NCBI GenBank assembly: GCA_044344255.1
Contig: JBIJDH010000045.1
Span: 1 to 31,120 of the forward strand
Reading direction: 5' to 3'
Length of the DNA: 31,120 bases
Source: Myxococcota bacterium
Lineage (GTDB): Bacteria; Myxococcota_A; UBA796; UBA2385
Below, piece by piece: positions 1-9,881 of this stretch. The position numbers were made by a program, and so were the translations under genes. Each line of letters starts with the position of its first letter. Position 1 is the first letter of the stretch. The notes under the pieces were generated by a model. That model was not told where the DNA came from. It ran no database searches and saw only the letters and a program-made list of their open reading frames with translations.

Positions 1-277
1 GAGCCTGACTCATGGATCGTTCCACGAACCGGCCAATTGCGTCCCCTGGGGGAGGGACAGGGTGGGGGGAGTGAGAGGACCGCGCCGCTGGAGAGCTCGG
101 GGAGGCGCCGGGCTGAGGTGGGGCAGATTCGAGGTGTGGTGGCCGGGTCCCCCCACCCCAGCCCTCCCCCGCGAGGGGGGAGGGAGCCTGACTCGTGGAT
201 CGTTCCACGAACCGGCCAATTGCGTCTCCTCCCCCCTTGTGGGGGAGGGACAGGGTGGGGGGGGGGTGACAGGACCG
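1..277. repeat. REP/BIME-like cluster: direct repeat with 183-bp period containing an inverted pair of GC-rich hairpin elements
   Basis: gagcctgactc(a/g)tggatcgttccacgaaccggccaattgcgtc occurs at 1 and 184. Elements 149-186 (ccccccaccccagccctcccccgcgaggggggagggag) and 226-266 (ctcctccccccttgtgggggagggacagggtgggggggggg) are near reverse complements, each with an internal hairpin. Non-coding, downstream of the TPR gene. Confidence 0.85.
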
Positions 278-327
278 TCGGCCGCCCTCCCCTACGTCCT
301 GGCGAGAGCTCTACACGGCCCGCCCCC

Positions 328-954
328 CTACGGCGCCTGCAGCGCAGGCAGGATCGACTCATCCCCGTAGACGGTGATCAGCCGCTTGAGCACGGGGCCG
401 AGGGCGGGGTCGCGGCTGAAGGCGCGCCAGCTCGGGTCGGCGACGAGCATGCGGGTGTCAAGGCCCTGGCGCATCGCCTCGATGAGGTGGGCCTCGAAGG
501 CCGCGGCGTCTCCTCGGGCCCCCGCGACCTGGCTGAGGCGGAACCAGGCCGCCCAGTGGTCGGGGCGGAGCTCGCTCGCGACCTGGAAGTCGGCGGCGGC
601 GAGGTCGAGCTTGCCGGAGGCGAGGAGGAGCTCGCCGCGGTCGTAGCGGGCGGCGGGGTCGTTGGGATCGACCTCGATGGCCATGCCGTACCAGCGCAGG
701 GCGGAGGAGAGGTGGCCGAGGTGGTTCTCGGCGAAGCCGAGCTCGTAGGCGACCGGCGCCGAGGGGCCGAGGGCCTCGATGTAGGCCTCCCCTTTTTCGA
801 CCACCTGCTCCCAGGCGTCGCCCCCGTTGAGGGCGGAGAGCTCGGCGGCCATCTTCTGGTCGAGCTCGGCCCGGTAGTCCGGCGGGGGCAGGAGCGCCGC
901 CGCCGGAGGGGCGCCGAGCGCCGCGAGGAGCAGGAGCGCGGGGAGGGGCCGCAC
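328..954 (-). CDS. Secreted tetratricopeptide-repeat protein
   Basis: Signal-peptide-like N-terminus; TPR-like helices (AYELGFA..., ARYDRGELLL..., AWFRLSQV). GTG start 14 bp after the peptidase stop, so probably co-transcribed. Confidence 0.8.
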   Translation of the reverse strand: MRPLPALLLLAALGAPPAAALLPPPDYRAELDQKMAAELSALNGGDAWEQVVEKGEAYIEALGPSAPVAYELGFAENHLGHLSSALRWYGMAIEVDPNDPAARYDRGELLLASGKLDLAAADFQVASELRPDHWAAWFRLSQVAGARGDAAAFEAHLIEAMRQGLDTRMLVADPSWRAFSRDPALGPVLKRLITVYGDESILPALQAP

Positions 955-968
955 CGGGCCGCGCCCGC

Positions 969-3905
969 TCAGGCCCGCTCGCTCGGGCGACGGCGGCGGA
1001 GGAGGAGGGCCGCGGCGCCGAGCACGAGGCCCGCGCTGCCGGTCGCGCCGCCCGCGCCGCTGCTCGACGAGCAGCCGCAGACCGTGAAGCCGCCCTTGCC
1101 AGCGCCGCCGCCGACGAGGTCGGAGGCCCCACCGTCGCCCTCGCCGCCCGGCCCGTCGCCCGCGCCGCCGGTGTCACCGTCGGGGGTGCCGGAGTCTTCG
1201 GGGTCGCCGGAGTCGATGGGCTCAACGGGCGCGACATAGCCGTAGACGCAGACGTCATCGAGGGTCCAGCCGCCGAAGTTCAGCCCGGCGTCGCTCTCGA
1301 TCTCCCAGCCCAGCGCCGTGCTGTCGGCCGCGGGGAGCTCGAGGGTGTGGAGCGCCCACTGGTCGTCGGCGGTGTGCTCGTCGCCCACCGAGCGGCTGCT
1401 CTCGTGGTTCTGCCAGACGACCGCATCGTTGGCGTAGATGCTGGCCTTGTCGAAGTAGCCGTCCTCGACCTGCAGCCAGCGGCGATACTGGAGGAAGACG
1501 CGCTCGTAGCCGCTCGTGTCGATCGCGGGGCTGGTCAGCCGGTTGGTCTTGTTCTCCTGGTACTGGCCGTTGAAGTTGCCGCCGCCGAGGTCGTTGCCCC
1601 ACACCTTGGTGCCGCTCACGGCCTCGGAGGGGTCACCGCCGGCGCCGCGGGGGCGACTCCAGACCCAGTCGTCGGCGCCCTCGCCGTCCGAGCCGGAGAG
1701 CAGCTCGTGGGTGAAGCCGCCGTCGTCATCCTCGAAGTCGAAGCAGGAGATCGCGACGAGCTCGCCCACGAAGAAGGAGAAGGGGTTGATCTCGCCGCCG
1801 GTGGGCGCGGTGACCGCGGCGCCGTCCGAGCTCTGCGCTTCGATGTAGTAGGTGACCACGGTGCCGGGGGCCACCGCGGGGATGGCGCCCGTGACGCCCG
1901 TCGCCGAGGCGGTGAGCGGCGCCTCCGACCAGGTCGCGCCGCCGTCGATGCTGTAGCGGACCACGGCGTCGGAGAGCGTGCTCTCGACGCAGCCGGGCGC
2001 GTAGTTCAGCAGCTCGGCGTCGAGGGGGTAGCTCGTGGCGGTGGGGGGCTGGTTCTCCACCGGCGGGTGGTAGAGGCCGAGCAGGGCGCCGGTGCCGCCG
2101 GTGGGGCCGAGGCCGTGGGGCCCGAAGGCCTCGATGATGTCACACTGATTGGGGGTGCCGTTGCTGAGGTCGGCGTCGTCGTCGTCGGCGGCCACGAGCT
2201 CGTCGTAGGTGACCTCGATCGTGGGGTTCGCCTTGAGCGTCTCCTTGAAGAGGGTGACGGAGGTGGCGTAGCCGTCCTCGGCGCCCAGCGAGCCGTCGAG
2301 CAGGCCCCAGAGGTCCCAGATGGCGCCGGCGAAGATGAGGCCGTCCTCGTGGACCTCGCCGACGATGTCGTCGGGGTAGGCGCGGTTTGGCCCGGCGTCA
2401 CGGATCGAGTCGCCCGAGGTCATGAAGTAGGGCGCGATCTCGGAGTCGCCGGTGTTGAAGAAGGAGACCGCGTCGCCTGCGCCCTCGCCCACCGAGCCGT
2501 CCACCGACCAGGTGTCGGCGCAGTAGGCGTGGAAGCCGTGGCCCCACTCGTGGTAGCTCACGTCGGCCATCTGGCCGGTGTTGTTACAGCCGCTGCCCGA
2601 CTTGTAGAAGTTGACGTTGCCGTCGTAGTAGGCGTTGCAGACGTCGTTGATGTTGACCAGCGCGGCCATCTGCTGGTTCGAGATGTCGAGCTCAGGGGCC
2701 CAGGTCACTCCCCAGACGTGGATCTGGTTCTGGAAGAGGAAGGTGTCGATCTCGGCCTGGGTCGCCGCGGTGGTGGTCCAGGTGGCGCTGCCGGAGCTCC
2801 AGGTCAGCGAGCCCTCGCCGCCCGAGCTGTTCTCGACCGTCACCCAGTCACCCTCGAGGGTGGCGGTGAAGCTGCTGCCGCTCAGCGACCACTTGCCGTC
2901 CTCGTCGGTGGTCGTGCTGCCGCCGCTGGAGGTGATGTCCATCCAGGGGAAGGCGCTCGTGCTCATGTCGCCGTTGGGCACGCGGGTGTCGTGGGTGCCG
3001 TAGACGGTGCCGGAGGCGTAGCGGACCTCGTTGTACTGGGCGAGCAGCTCGCCGGTCTGGGCGTCTACGAGGCTGCGCCAGATGCCCACCGGGGCCGCGG
3101 CGGCGAGGAGGCCGGTGCGGCTGCGCACCATCCAGCTCAGGCGGTACTCCAGGCCCGCGTCGGTCTCGAGGGGGAGCACGACCAGCACGGCGCCCTCGAC
3201 GAGGTGCTCGGCCTCGGGGGCGAGGCCCTCGGAGATGGCGAGCTGGATGGCGGCGTCGGCGGAGATGGCCGGGAGCGGGGCGACGGTGTCAGCGGCGGGG
3301 TGGGTGTCGATCCCCAGCATGACGAGGCGGCCCTGCTGGAGGCGGACCTCGACGCCGCCCTTCCAGACCACGGGCTCCCCGGCGGCGGCGAGCTCACCGA
3401 GCGCGCTCGGCAGATCGGCGTTGGCGGCGGGGAGGCGCACGAGGTCGAGCGCGGCGTCCCGGCCCACCACGCGGCCCTTCTCGGCGGCGGGGGACACGCG
3501 GACGACACGGTCAAAGCGGACGATCCAGCGGTCACCGCTCTGCTGGGCGCGGCCGAGGTGGAGGTCGTCGGGGCTCACTCCGCCGAGGAGGGCGGGGTTG
3601 CGGAGGAAGAAGGCGCGCATCCCGGCCTCGACCTGCGCGGCGGTCTGGGTGGGGCCGATGGGGATGCCGGCCCCCCAGGCGCGGTGGGCGGTGCCCGTCG
3701 CCTCATCAAAGCGTGCCTGCCAACCCTTACCTTCACCCTGGACAAAGCTCTGCCAGGCCGGGCCGCGCCGCAAGCGGGCCTGACCATCTCTCTGGGTGAT
3801 CAACACCCGCGTGGGCTCCTGTCCCGTGAGGGATGGGGCTGGCGCGAAGGCGCTGGCGGTGTGCAAGAGGGGGCTCAGGCCAAGCAGGAGGAGGAGGTGA
3901 ACCAT
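969..3905 (-). CDS. Secreted M36 (fungalysin)/M4-like zinc metallopeptidase with propeptide, C-terminal beta-rich domains and MYXO-CTERM-like sorting tail
   Basis: ATG at 3905 with GGAG RBS and signal peptide (MVHLLLLLGLSPLL...). Motifs CNAYY, HEWGH (HExxH), GEGAGD, GEVHEDGLIF. C-terminus is an acidic Gly linker + GC + hydrophobic stretch + RRRR. Confidence 0.85.
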   Translation of the reverse strand: MVHLLLLLGLSPLLHTASAFAPAPSLTGQEPTRVLITQRDGQARLRRGPAWQSFVQGEGKGWQARFDEATGTAHRAWGAGIPIGPTQTAAQVEAGMRAFFLRNPALLGGVSPDDLHLGRAQQSGDRWIVRFDRVVRVSPAAEKGRVVGRDAALDLVRLPAANADLPSALGELAAAGEPVVWKGGVEVRLQQGRLVMLGIDTHPAADTVAPLPAISADAAIQLAISEGLAPEAEHLVEGAVLVVLPLETDAGLEYRLSWMVRSRTGLLAAAAPVGIWRSLVDAQTGELLAQYNEVRYASGTVYGTHDTRVPNGDMSTSAFPWMDITSSGGSTTTDEDGKWSLSGSSFTATLEGDWVTVENSSGGEGSLTWSSGSATWTTTAATQAEIDTFLFQNQIHVWGVTWAPELDISNQQMAALVNINDVCNAYYDGNVNFYKSGSGCNNTGQMADVSYHEWGHGFHAYCADTWSVDGSVGEGAGDAVSFFNTGDSEIAPYFMTSGDSIRDAGPNRAYPDDIVGEVHEDGLIFAGAIWDLWGLLDGSLGAEDGYATSVTLFKETLKANPTIEVTYDELVAADDDDADLSNGTPNQCDIIEAFGPHGLGPTGGTGALLGLYHPPVENQPPTATSYPLDAELLNYAPGCVESTLSDAVVRYSIDGGATWSEAPLTASATGVTGAIPAVAPGTVVTYYIEAQSSDGAAVTAPTGGEINPFSFFVGELVAISCFDFEDDDGGFTHELLSGSDGEGADDWVWSRPRGAGGDPSEAVSGTKVWGNDLGGGNFNGQYQENKTNRLTSPAIDTSGYERVFLQYRRWLQVEDGYFDKASIYANDAVVWQNHESSRSVGDEHTADDQWALHTLELPAADSTALGWEIESDAGLNFGGWTLDDVCVYGYVAPVEPIDSGDPEDSGTPDGDTGGAGDGPGGEGDGGASDLVGGGAGKGGFTVCGCSSSSGAGGATGSAGLVLGAAALLLRRRRPSERA

Positions 3906-3972
3906 CTTGCGATCTCCAGCAGAGAGAGATTTCGGCACAACATGTAGTGTGAGGGAGGGGAGGGTCAACAAG

Positions 3973-5565
3973 ATGGAGGCGCGTGGACAGGATGTTGACA
4001 GCGGCCGCGGGGCCCTGGCCGGCGGGCTCGGCAGGCGGATCGGCCTCGCGGCGCTCGTCGGGTGCGGGGGGCCCGCCGCGCCGGAGCCCCAGACGGTCTC
4101 CGGGCTGCCGCCGCTCGCCGAGGTGGCGGCGGGGGAGGCGCCGCGCGGGCCCGAGCGCCCGGCGCGCACCCTCTCGATCACCTTCGTGGGGGAGGTGCGC
4201 GGCGAGCTCGAGCCCTGCGGCTGCCCCACGCTGCCCTTCGGCGGCTTCTCGCGGCGGGAGCGGCTGCTCGAGCGCCTCCGCGCGGAGGGGCCGCTCCTCC
4301 ACCTTGACGCCGGGGAGCTGCTGCTCAAGGGAGACACGACCACCCGCTCCGAGGACCGGGCGCGGCGGGCCGAGGCCCTGCTGCGCCTCAGCCACGACGT
4401 CGGGGTGGACGCCTGGGTGCCGGGGCCCACCGATCTCCTCGCCCTCGGCCTCGACGGCCTGCTCGGCCTCGATCCGGCCACCTCGCCGCCGGCGATCTCG
4501 GCCACGTGGCGGCGGGGCGGGGCGGCGCTCCTGCCCCCGACGCGCGTGATCGAGCGGGACGGCCTGCGCGTCGGCCTGATCGGCCTCTCCGGGGCCCCGG
4601 CCGACCGCCGCGCCGCCCCCGACCTCGAATTGTTCGACCCCGTGGCCGCCACCCGGGCCGCCCTCGAGGCCCTGCCCGCAGACCTCGACTTGATCGTCGC
4701 CATCGGCTCTCTCGGCGACGAGGCGGCCGAGCGCGTGGCCCGCCTCGAGCCCGGCCCCGGCCTCGTGCTCAGCACCCGCGGCCTCGCCGTGGACGACCCC
4801 AAGCGCCCCCTCCGCGCCGACGGGCGGCCCGGGGCCCTCATCGTCGAGAGCCCCGATCGGGGCCGCTACGTGCAGGAGATCCAGCTCCGGCTCGGCTCCA
4901 CGGCCGGTGAGCCGGTCGTGCTCACCCAGGATCCCCAGCGCTGGCGCGACTGGCAGACCGCTCGACACAGCGCCGAGCCCGGGGCGGCCGCCGACGCCCG
5001 CGCGCAGGCCCTCCAGACCGCCGTCGAGGCGGAGGGCCGCGGCCGCAACCTCGCCCTCGTCTCCACCATCCCCCTCTCTGAAGACCTCGACGGCGGCGGC
5101 GGTGTCGCGGCCGCGGCCCTCGCCGAGTGGCGGCAGGACGCCGTCGCCCTCGCCACCGCCCGCGCCGCCGCCCCGACGAGCCCCCTCGCGCCCGGCTACG
5201 CCGCGGCCTCGGCCTGCGTGAACTGCCACGCCCCCCAGTTCGCCCGCTGGAGCTTCTCGGACCACGCCAAGGCCTGGGAGGCCTTGCTCAAGCGGAAGGC
5301 CGTCGGAGACCCGGACTGCGTCGCCTGTCACAGCACCGGCTTCGGCCAGCCGGGCGGCTTCGGCGACGTGACCAGCTCAGACGTCTTCCGCTTCAAGGCG
5401 GTGCAGTGTGAGGCCTGCCACGGCCCGCTGCGCGACCACCCCGACGACCCCCGCGTGAAGGCGCGCCCGATCACCGAGGCCACCTGCACGGGCTGCCACG
5501 ACCCCGCCAACAGCCCGCAGTTCGACTTCGCGACCTACCTCCCGCGGGCGAGCTGCCAGCCATGA
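3973..5565 (+). CDS. UshA/5'-nucleotidase-like (CGC motif) domain fused to a tetraheme cytochrome c (c554-like), probable lipoprotein
   Basis: Lipobox-like LVGC; GELEPCGCP...GGFSRR...LDAGELL; four CxxCH motifs (CVNCH, CVACH, CEACH, CTGCH). Exact start uncertain. Confidence 0.85.
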   Translation: MEARGQDVDSGRGALAGGLGRRIGLAALVGCGGPAAPEPQTVSGLPPLAEVAAGEAPRGPERPARTLSITFVGEVRGELEPCGCPTLPFGGFSRRERLLERLRAEGPLLHLDAGELLLKGDTTTRSEDRARRAEALLRLSHDVGVDAWVPGPTDLLALGLDGLLGLDPATSPPAISATWRRGGAALLPPTRVIERDGLRVGLIGLSGAPADRRAAPDLELFDPVAATRAALEALPADLDLIVAIGSLGDEAAERVARLEPGPGLVLSTRGLAVDDPKRPLRADGRPGALIVESPDRGRYVQEIQLRLGSTAGEPVVLTQDPQRWRDWQTARHSAEPGAAADARAQALQTAVEAEGRGRNLALVSTIPLSEDLDGGGGVAAAALAEWRQDAVALATARAAAPTSPLAPGYAAASACVNCHAPQFARWSFSDHAKAWEALLKRKAVGDPDCVACHSTGFGQPGGFGDVTSSDVFRFKAVQCEACHGPLRDHPDDPRVKARPITEATCTGCHDPANSPQFDFATYLPRASCQP

Positions 5566-6395
5566 GCGGGCCAGAGCCCCCCGCGGCCGATCCCGACACC
5601 TTCACCGAGGCCGCTCGCGCCGCGCTCTCGGCGCAGGGGCTCCCGGTGAGCGTGGTGCGGACGCTCGTGCTCCGGGTCGGGTCCGCGGGCGCGGCGTCGG
5701 GCGCGGCGTCGGGCGAGCGAGAGGCGGTGATCCAGCTCGCCAGCCTCTGGATGGCCCGCCGCGCCGGCGCCCTCGAGGCCCCGCTGCTCGAGCGCCTCTG
5801 CGGGTTGGTCCTCGCCCGCTTGGGCGACCGCGGCGCCGAGCCCGCCCCCCTCGATCGGCGCCGCCTCGTCCCCCTCCTCCGCCGGGCCGACCAGCGCGAC
5901 ACCCTCTTCCAGGCGCTGGGCCCCGCCGAGCGCCCCCCGGTCTGGCCGCTCCCGGGTGAGCTCTGGTGGACCCTCGCCCTCGACCAAGGCGACCAGCTCG
6001 CCCTCGCGCGGCGGGTCGACCTCGACCGCCTGGGGCTCCGGGACGAGCCCGCCCGAGCCCTGGCCCTCCGGAACCTCGATCGGCAGGCCCTCTCCCTCGA
6101 GCCCGTGCACGGCCCCTGGTGGCGGCTGCGGGGCGAGGGGGGCCGGGACGCCGCCCTGCTGCTCCGCCCAGACCGCTGGCCCCTCCCGGCCGCGCGCTTC
6201 GCGGTGGTCCCGGCGCAAGACCTGCTGCTGCTCAGCGCCGCCCCGCTGGCGGAGTCGGCCCTGGCCCTGCGGGAGCTCCAGGCCGAGTGGGAGGGGCGGC
6301 TCAGCCACCCGCTCTCTTTCACCGCCCTCGCCGTGGGGGAGGGGACCGCCCTCTGCCCGACAGCCTTCTGCCCTACAGGCGGCCCCCCTGGATGA
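5562..6395 (+). CDS. Hypothetical protein, possibly DUF1444-like
   Basis: ATGA overlap with the cytochrome stop. ALALRNL and AVVPAQDLLLL segments resemble DUF1444 patterns (recognised from memory). Confidence 0.55.
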   Translation: MSGPEPPAADPDTFTEAARAALSAQGLPVSVVRTLVLRVGSAGAASGAASGEREAVIQLASLWMARRAGALEAPLLERLCGLVLARLGDRGAEPAPLDRRRLVPLLRRADQRDTLFQALGPAERPPVWPLPGELWWTLALDQGDQLALARRVDLDRLGLRDEPARALALRNLDRQALSLEPVHGPWWRLRGEGGRDAALLLRPDRWPLPAARFAVVPAQDLLLLSAAPLAESALALRELQAEWEGRLSHPLSFTALAVGEGTALCPTAFCPTGGPPG

Positions 6396-6699
6396 TGCGC
6401 AGCGACTCGGCGAGCGCCATGCAGCGGTGGATGGTGTCGCGGTCGCCGGTGGACTCGGCGAGGCGCAGGGCGGTGGTGGCCTGATCGGCGGCCGCCACGG
6501 GGTCGCCGGTGTGAAAGAGGGCCTGGGCCAGCAGGGCCCGCGCGAGGGCCTCCACGGCGGCGAGGCCGCTATCTCCGGCTTCGCTGACCACGCCGAAGAG
6601 CAGGGACATGCCCTCAGACCAGCGTTCCCCTTCGAGGAGCTCGGCGGCGGCGCCGAAGCGCTGCTCGAGCAGGTGGAGTTCGTGCGCGTCCGCCGTCAT
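6373..6699 (-). CDS. Small helical (TPR-like) hypothetical protein
   Basis: 108-aa ORF with ordinary composition and amphipathic helices; converges on the neighbouring gene with a 23-bp overlap. Confidence 0.65.
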   Translation of the reverse strand: MTADAHELHLLEQRFGAAAELLEGERWSEGMSLLFGVVSEAGDSGLAAVEALARALLAQALFHTGDPVAAADQATTALRLAESTGDRDTIHRCMALAESLRIIQGGRL

Positions 6700-6825
6700 T
6701 CGGGCCCCCGATCTGGCCTCTCCCGCCTATCTCGGTCTCCGGCGGGGGCGCCCCTCCCGGCCGAGGCTCCGTGATAGGCCTCGACCATCGCGGGCCCTCC
6801 CCCCGTGACTGGACGCTCCGCGCGC

Positions 6826-7536
6826 ATGGCCCGCATCCTCCTCATCGACGATGATCCAGCCCTGCTGGACATGCTCTCCCTCCTGCTCGAGGAGGCGGGT
6901 CATGAGGTGGTGGCGGCCCCGGACGGCCTCCAGGGCTGGGAGCGGCTGCGGGCGGCCGCGGGGGGCGCCGGGCCCGAGCTCGTCGTGAGCGACGTCAACA
7001 TGCCCCGCCTCGACGGCTTCGCGCTGCTGCGGCGCATCCGCGAGCGCGACGCCGCCCTGCCGGTCATCCTGCTCACCTCGCGGGACTCGGAGATCGACGA
7101 GGCCCTCGGGCTCGAGCTCGGCGCCGATGACTACATCCAGAAGCCCTTCAGCTCGCGGGTGCTGCTCGCGCGTATCGGCGCCTTGCTGCGCCGGCAGGTG
7201 GCCCGACAGGAGGCCGAGGTCGAGCTGCGCGCGGTGGGCCACCTGAGCCTCGACGCCGAGCGGGTGCTCGTGCGCTGGAAGGGCGACGCCATCGAGGTCA
7301 CCGTCTCCGAGTTCCGCCTGCTCGACACGCTCACCCGCCGGCCTGGGGTGGTGCTCTCGCGGGCCCGGCTGATGGAGGGGATGCGGGGCGACGACTCGGT
7401 GGTGGATGAGCGCATCATCGACACCTACGTGCGGCGGCTCCGGCGTAAGTTCGAAGCCATCTCGGCAGACTTCGACCGAATCGACACCGTGATCGGCGCC
7501 GGCTATCGCTGGAAGGACGGCGGTGGGGCTCGCTGA
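6826..7536 (+). CDS. OmpR/PhoB-family response regulator, ChvI-like
   Basis: LIDDD, phospho-Asp in SDVNMPRLDG, LTSRDSEIDEALGLELGADDYIQKPFS, winged helix ending IDTYVRRLRRKF...DTVIGAGYRW. Confidence 0.93.
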   Translation: MARILLIDDDPALLDMLSLLLEEAGHEVVAAPDGLQGWERLRAAAGGAGPELVVSDVNMPRLDGFALLRRIRERDAALPVILLTSRDSEIDEALGLELGADDYIQKPFSSRVLLARIGALLRRQVARQEAEVELRAVGHLSLDAERVLVRWKGDAIEVTVSEFRLLDTLTRRPGVVLSRARLMEGMRGDDSVVDERIIDTYVRRLRRKFEAISADFDRIDTVIGAGYRWKDGGGAR

Positions 7537-9074
7537 GGCGCCGCGGCGCTCCCTCCGCATCCGCGCCCTCGGCGTGGTGTTGCTGATGGTGCTCTTCCCG
7601 CTGGCCGTCGTCTGGCTCAGCGCCGTGGGCGACGCGATGGAGGGCCGCGTCCTCCGCCGTCGGGTGGAGGCCGTCGCCGCCGAGGCCGCCGGCGAGGTGG
7701 GAGAGCCCGACGTCGCCGCCCGCCTCGAGGACATCGCCCGCGACCGCGGGGTGCGCCTGCGGTGGATCGATCCCGCGGGCACGGTGGTGGTCGACCGCGA
7801 TCACAGCGACCCTGTCGGCCTCGCCGCCTGGAGCGCCGACTTCTTCTTCGGCCCCGGCGGCGCCCCCTCGCTCGGCGAGTGGGAGCGGGGCCAGGGGCCG
7901 GTGATCGAGCGCCCCGAGGTGCTCGAGGCCCGGGGCGGCGGCCCGCTCGGCGGCTCCGGCGACGGCACGGTCGGCGGCCAGGGCACTCACTGCCGCGTCG
8001 TGCTCGAGCAGCGGATGCAGGTCTGCGCGGCGGCCCTCGCCCTGCCCGGCGGGCTCGTGCACGTCGAGGACGACTCCCTCCGCGCCATCCGGTCTTTACA
8101 CGATCAGCGGTACCCCCTGCTCAAGCTCACGCTGGTCTCGCTCGTCGCCGGCGTGCTGCTCGGCACCTGGCTGAGCTGGCGCCTGATCCGCCCGATCGAG
8201 CAGCTCGTCCTCCAGGTGCGGGCCCGGGCCGCCCGCGGCGGCGCCGAGGCGCTCGAGCTCGACCGTCAAGACGAATTCGGCGAGCTGGCGCGGGCCTTCA
8301 ACGAGCTGCTCTGCGCGCTCCGCGCCCGCGGGGAGGCCAACGAGGCCTTCGCCGCCGACCTCGCCCACGAGATCAAGAACCCCGTCGCCGCCGTGCGGGC
8401 CGCCGCCGAGCGCCTCCAGAGCGGCGCCGCGCTCGACTCCGAGCGGGCGGCCCGCCTCGGCCGCATCCTCCGCGACTCGAGCGACCGGCTCGAGCTCCTC
8501 GCCCGCCGCTTCCTCGAGCTGGCCCGGGCGGAGGGCGGCCTGCGCGACCAGCCCCGCGAGCCCCTCGACCTCGGTCGACTCGCGCTGGCCCGGGTGGAGC
8601 AGGCCGCCGCCGACCCCCGGAACGAGGGCCTCCGCTTCTCCTTCGTTTCTTCGTTGGCGCGCGACCCCGAGGGGGTGGACGGGGCCTCGGTGTTGGGCGT
8701 CCCCGAGCGGCTGGAGACCGTGCTCCAGAACCTGCTCGACAACGCCGCCTCCTTCGCGCGGGAGGCGGCGGGGCCGGAGGGCGGGCGGGTCGAGGTGACG
8801 GTGGAGGTGGATGGGGACGAGCTGCGCCTCACCGTGCGCGACAACGGGCCGGGCGTCCCGGAGGCCGACCGCCCCCGCGTCTTCGAGCGCTTCTTCTCGC
8901 GGCGGGCCGGCGGCACCGGGCTCGGCCTCGCGCTCAGCCGCGCCATCGCCGAGGCCCACGGCGGGCGCCTCCGCCTCCTCGAGCCCTCCCCCGGGCGCCC
9001 CGGCGCCGCCTTCGCCCTCGAGCTGCCCCGTCACCGCCCGGTTGGCGGGAGCGCCTCGCCGGAGGGCCCGACGA

Positions 9075-9752
<678 letters not shown>

Positions 9753-9881
9753 GGGGGCTCCAGAGCGCGGGGAGGCTACCGCTTCTCGGGCCCGGGCGGG
9801 GCGGGCGGCGGCAGGAATCCGAAGGGGCTCTCGAAACCACCGCCGCAGCGGCTATGCTGTCGCCCATCCAGCGGAGCCTCC

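Noticed and set aside
1..277. CRISPR array
   Set aside because: Only two units with a 183-bp period, long conserved cores, no unique 30-40 nt spacers and no cas genes.
1347..3947. 866-aa + strand ORF and other long overlapping ORFs (e.g. 37..1239, 3733..5331, 7762..9264, 11773..13638, 26207..27478, 26982..28598)
   Set aside because: Antisense or alternate-frame shadows expected at high GC; no recognisable motifs, and they overlap well-supported genes.
4200..4235. Selenocysteine recoding in the UshA-like domain
   Set aside because: The motif is encoded tgc-ggc-tgc (Cys-Gly-Cys) with no in-frame TGA.
3906..4841. N-terminal extension of the 1290-aa ORF (969..4841)
   Set aside because: Arg/Ser/Pro-rich shadow of the cytochrome gene on the other strand; the real start with RBS and signal peptide is at 3905.
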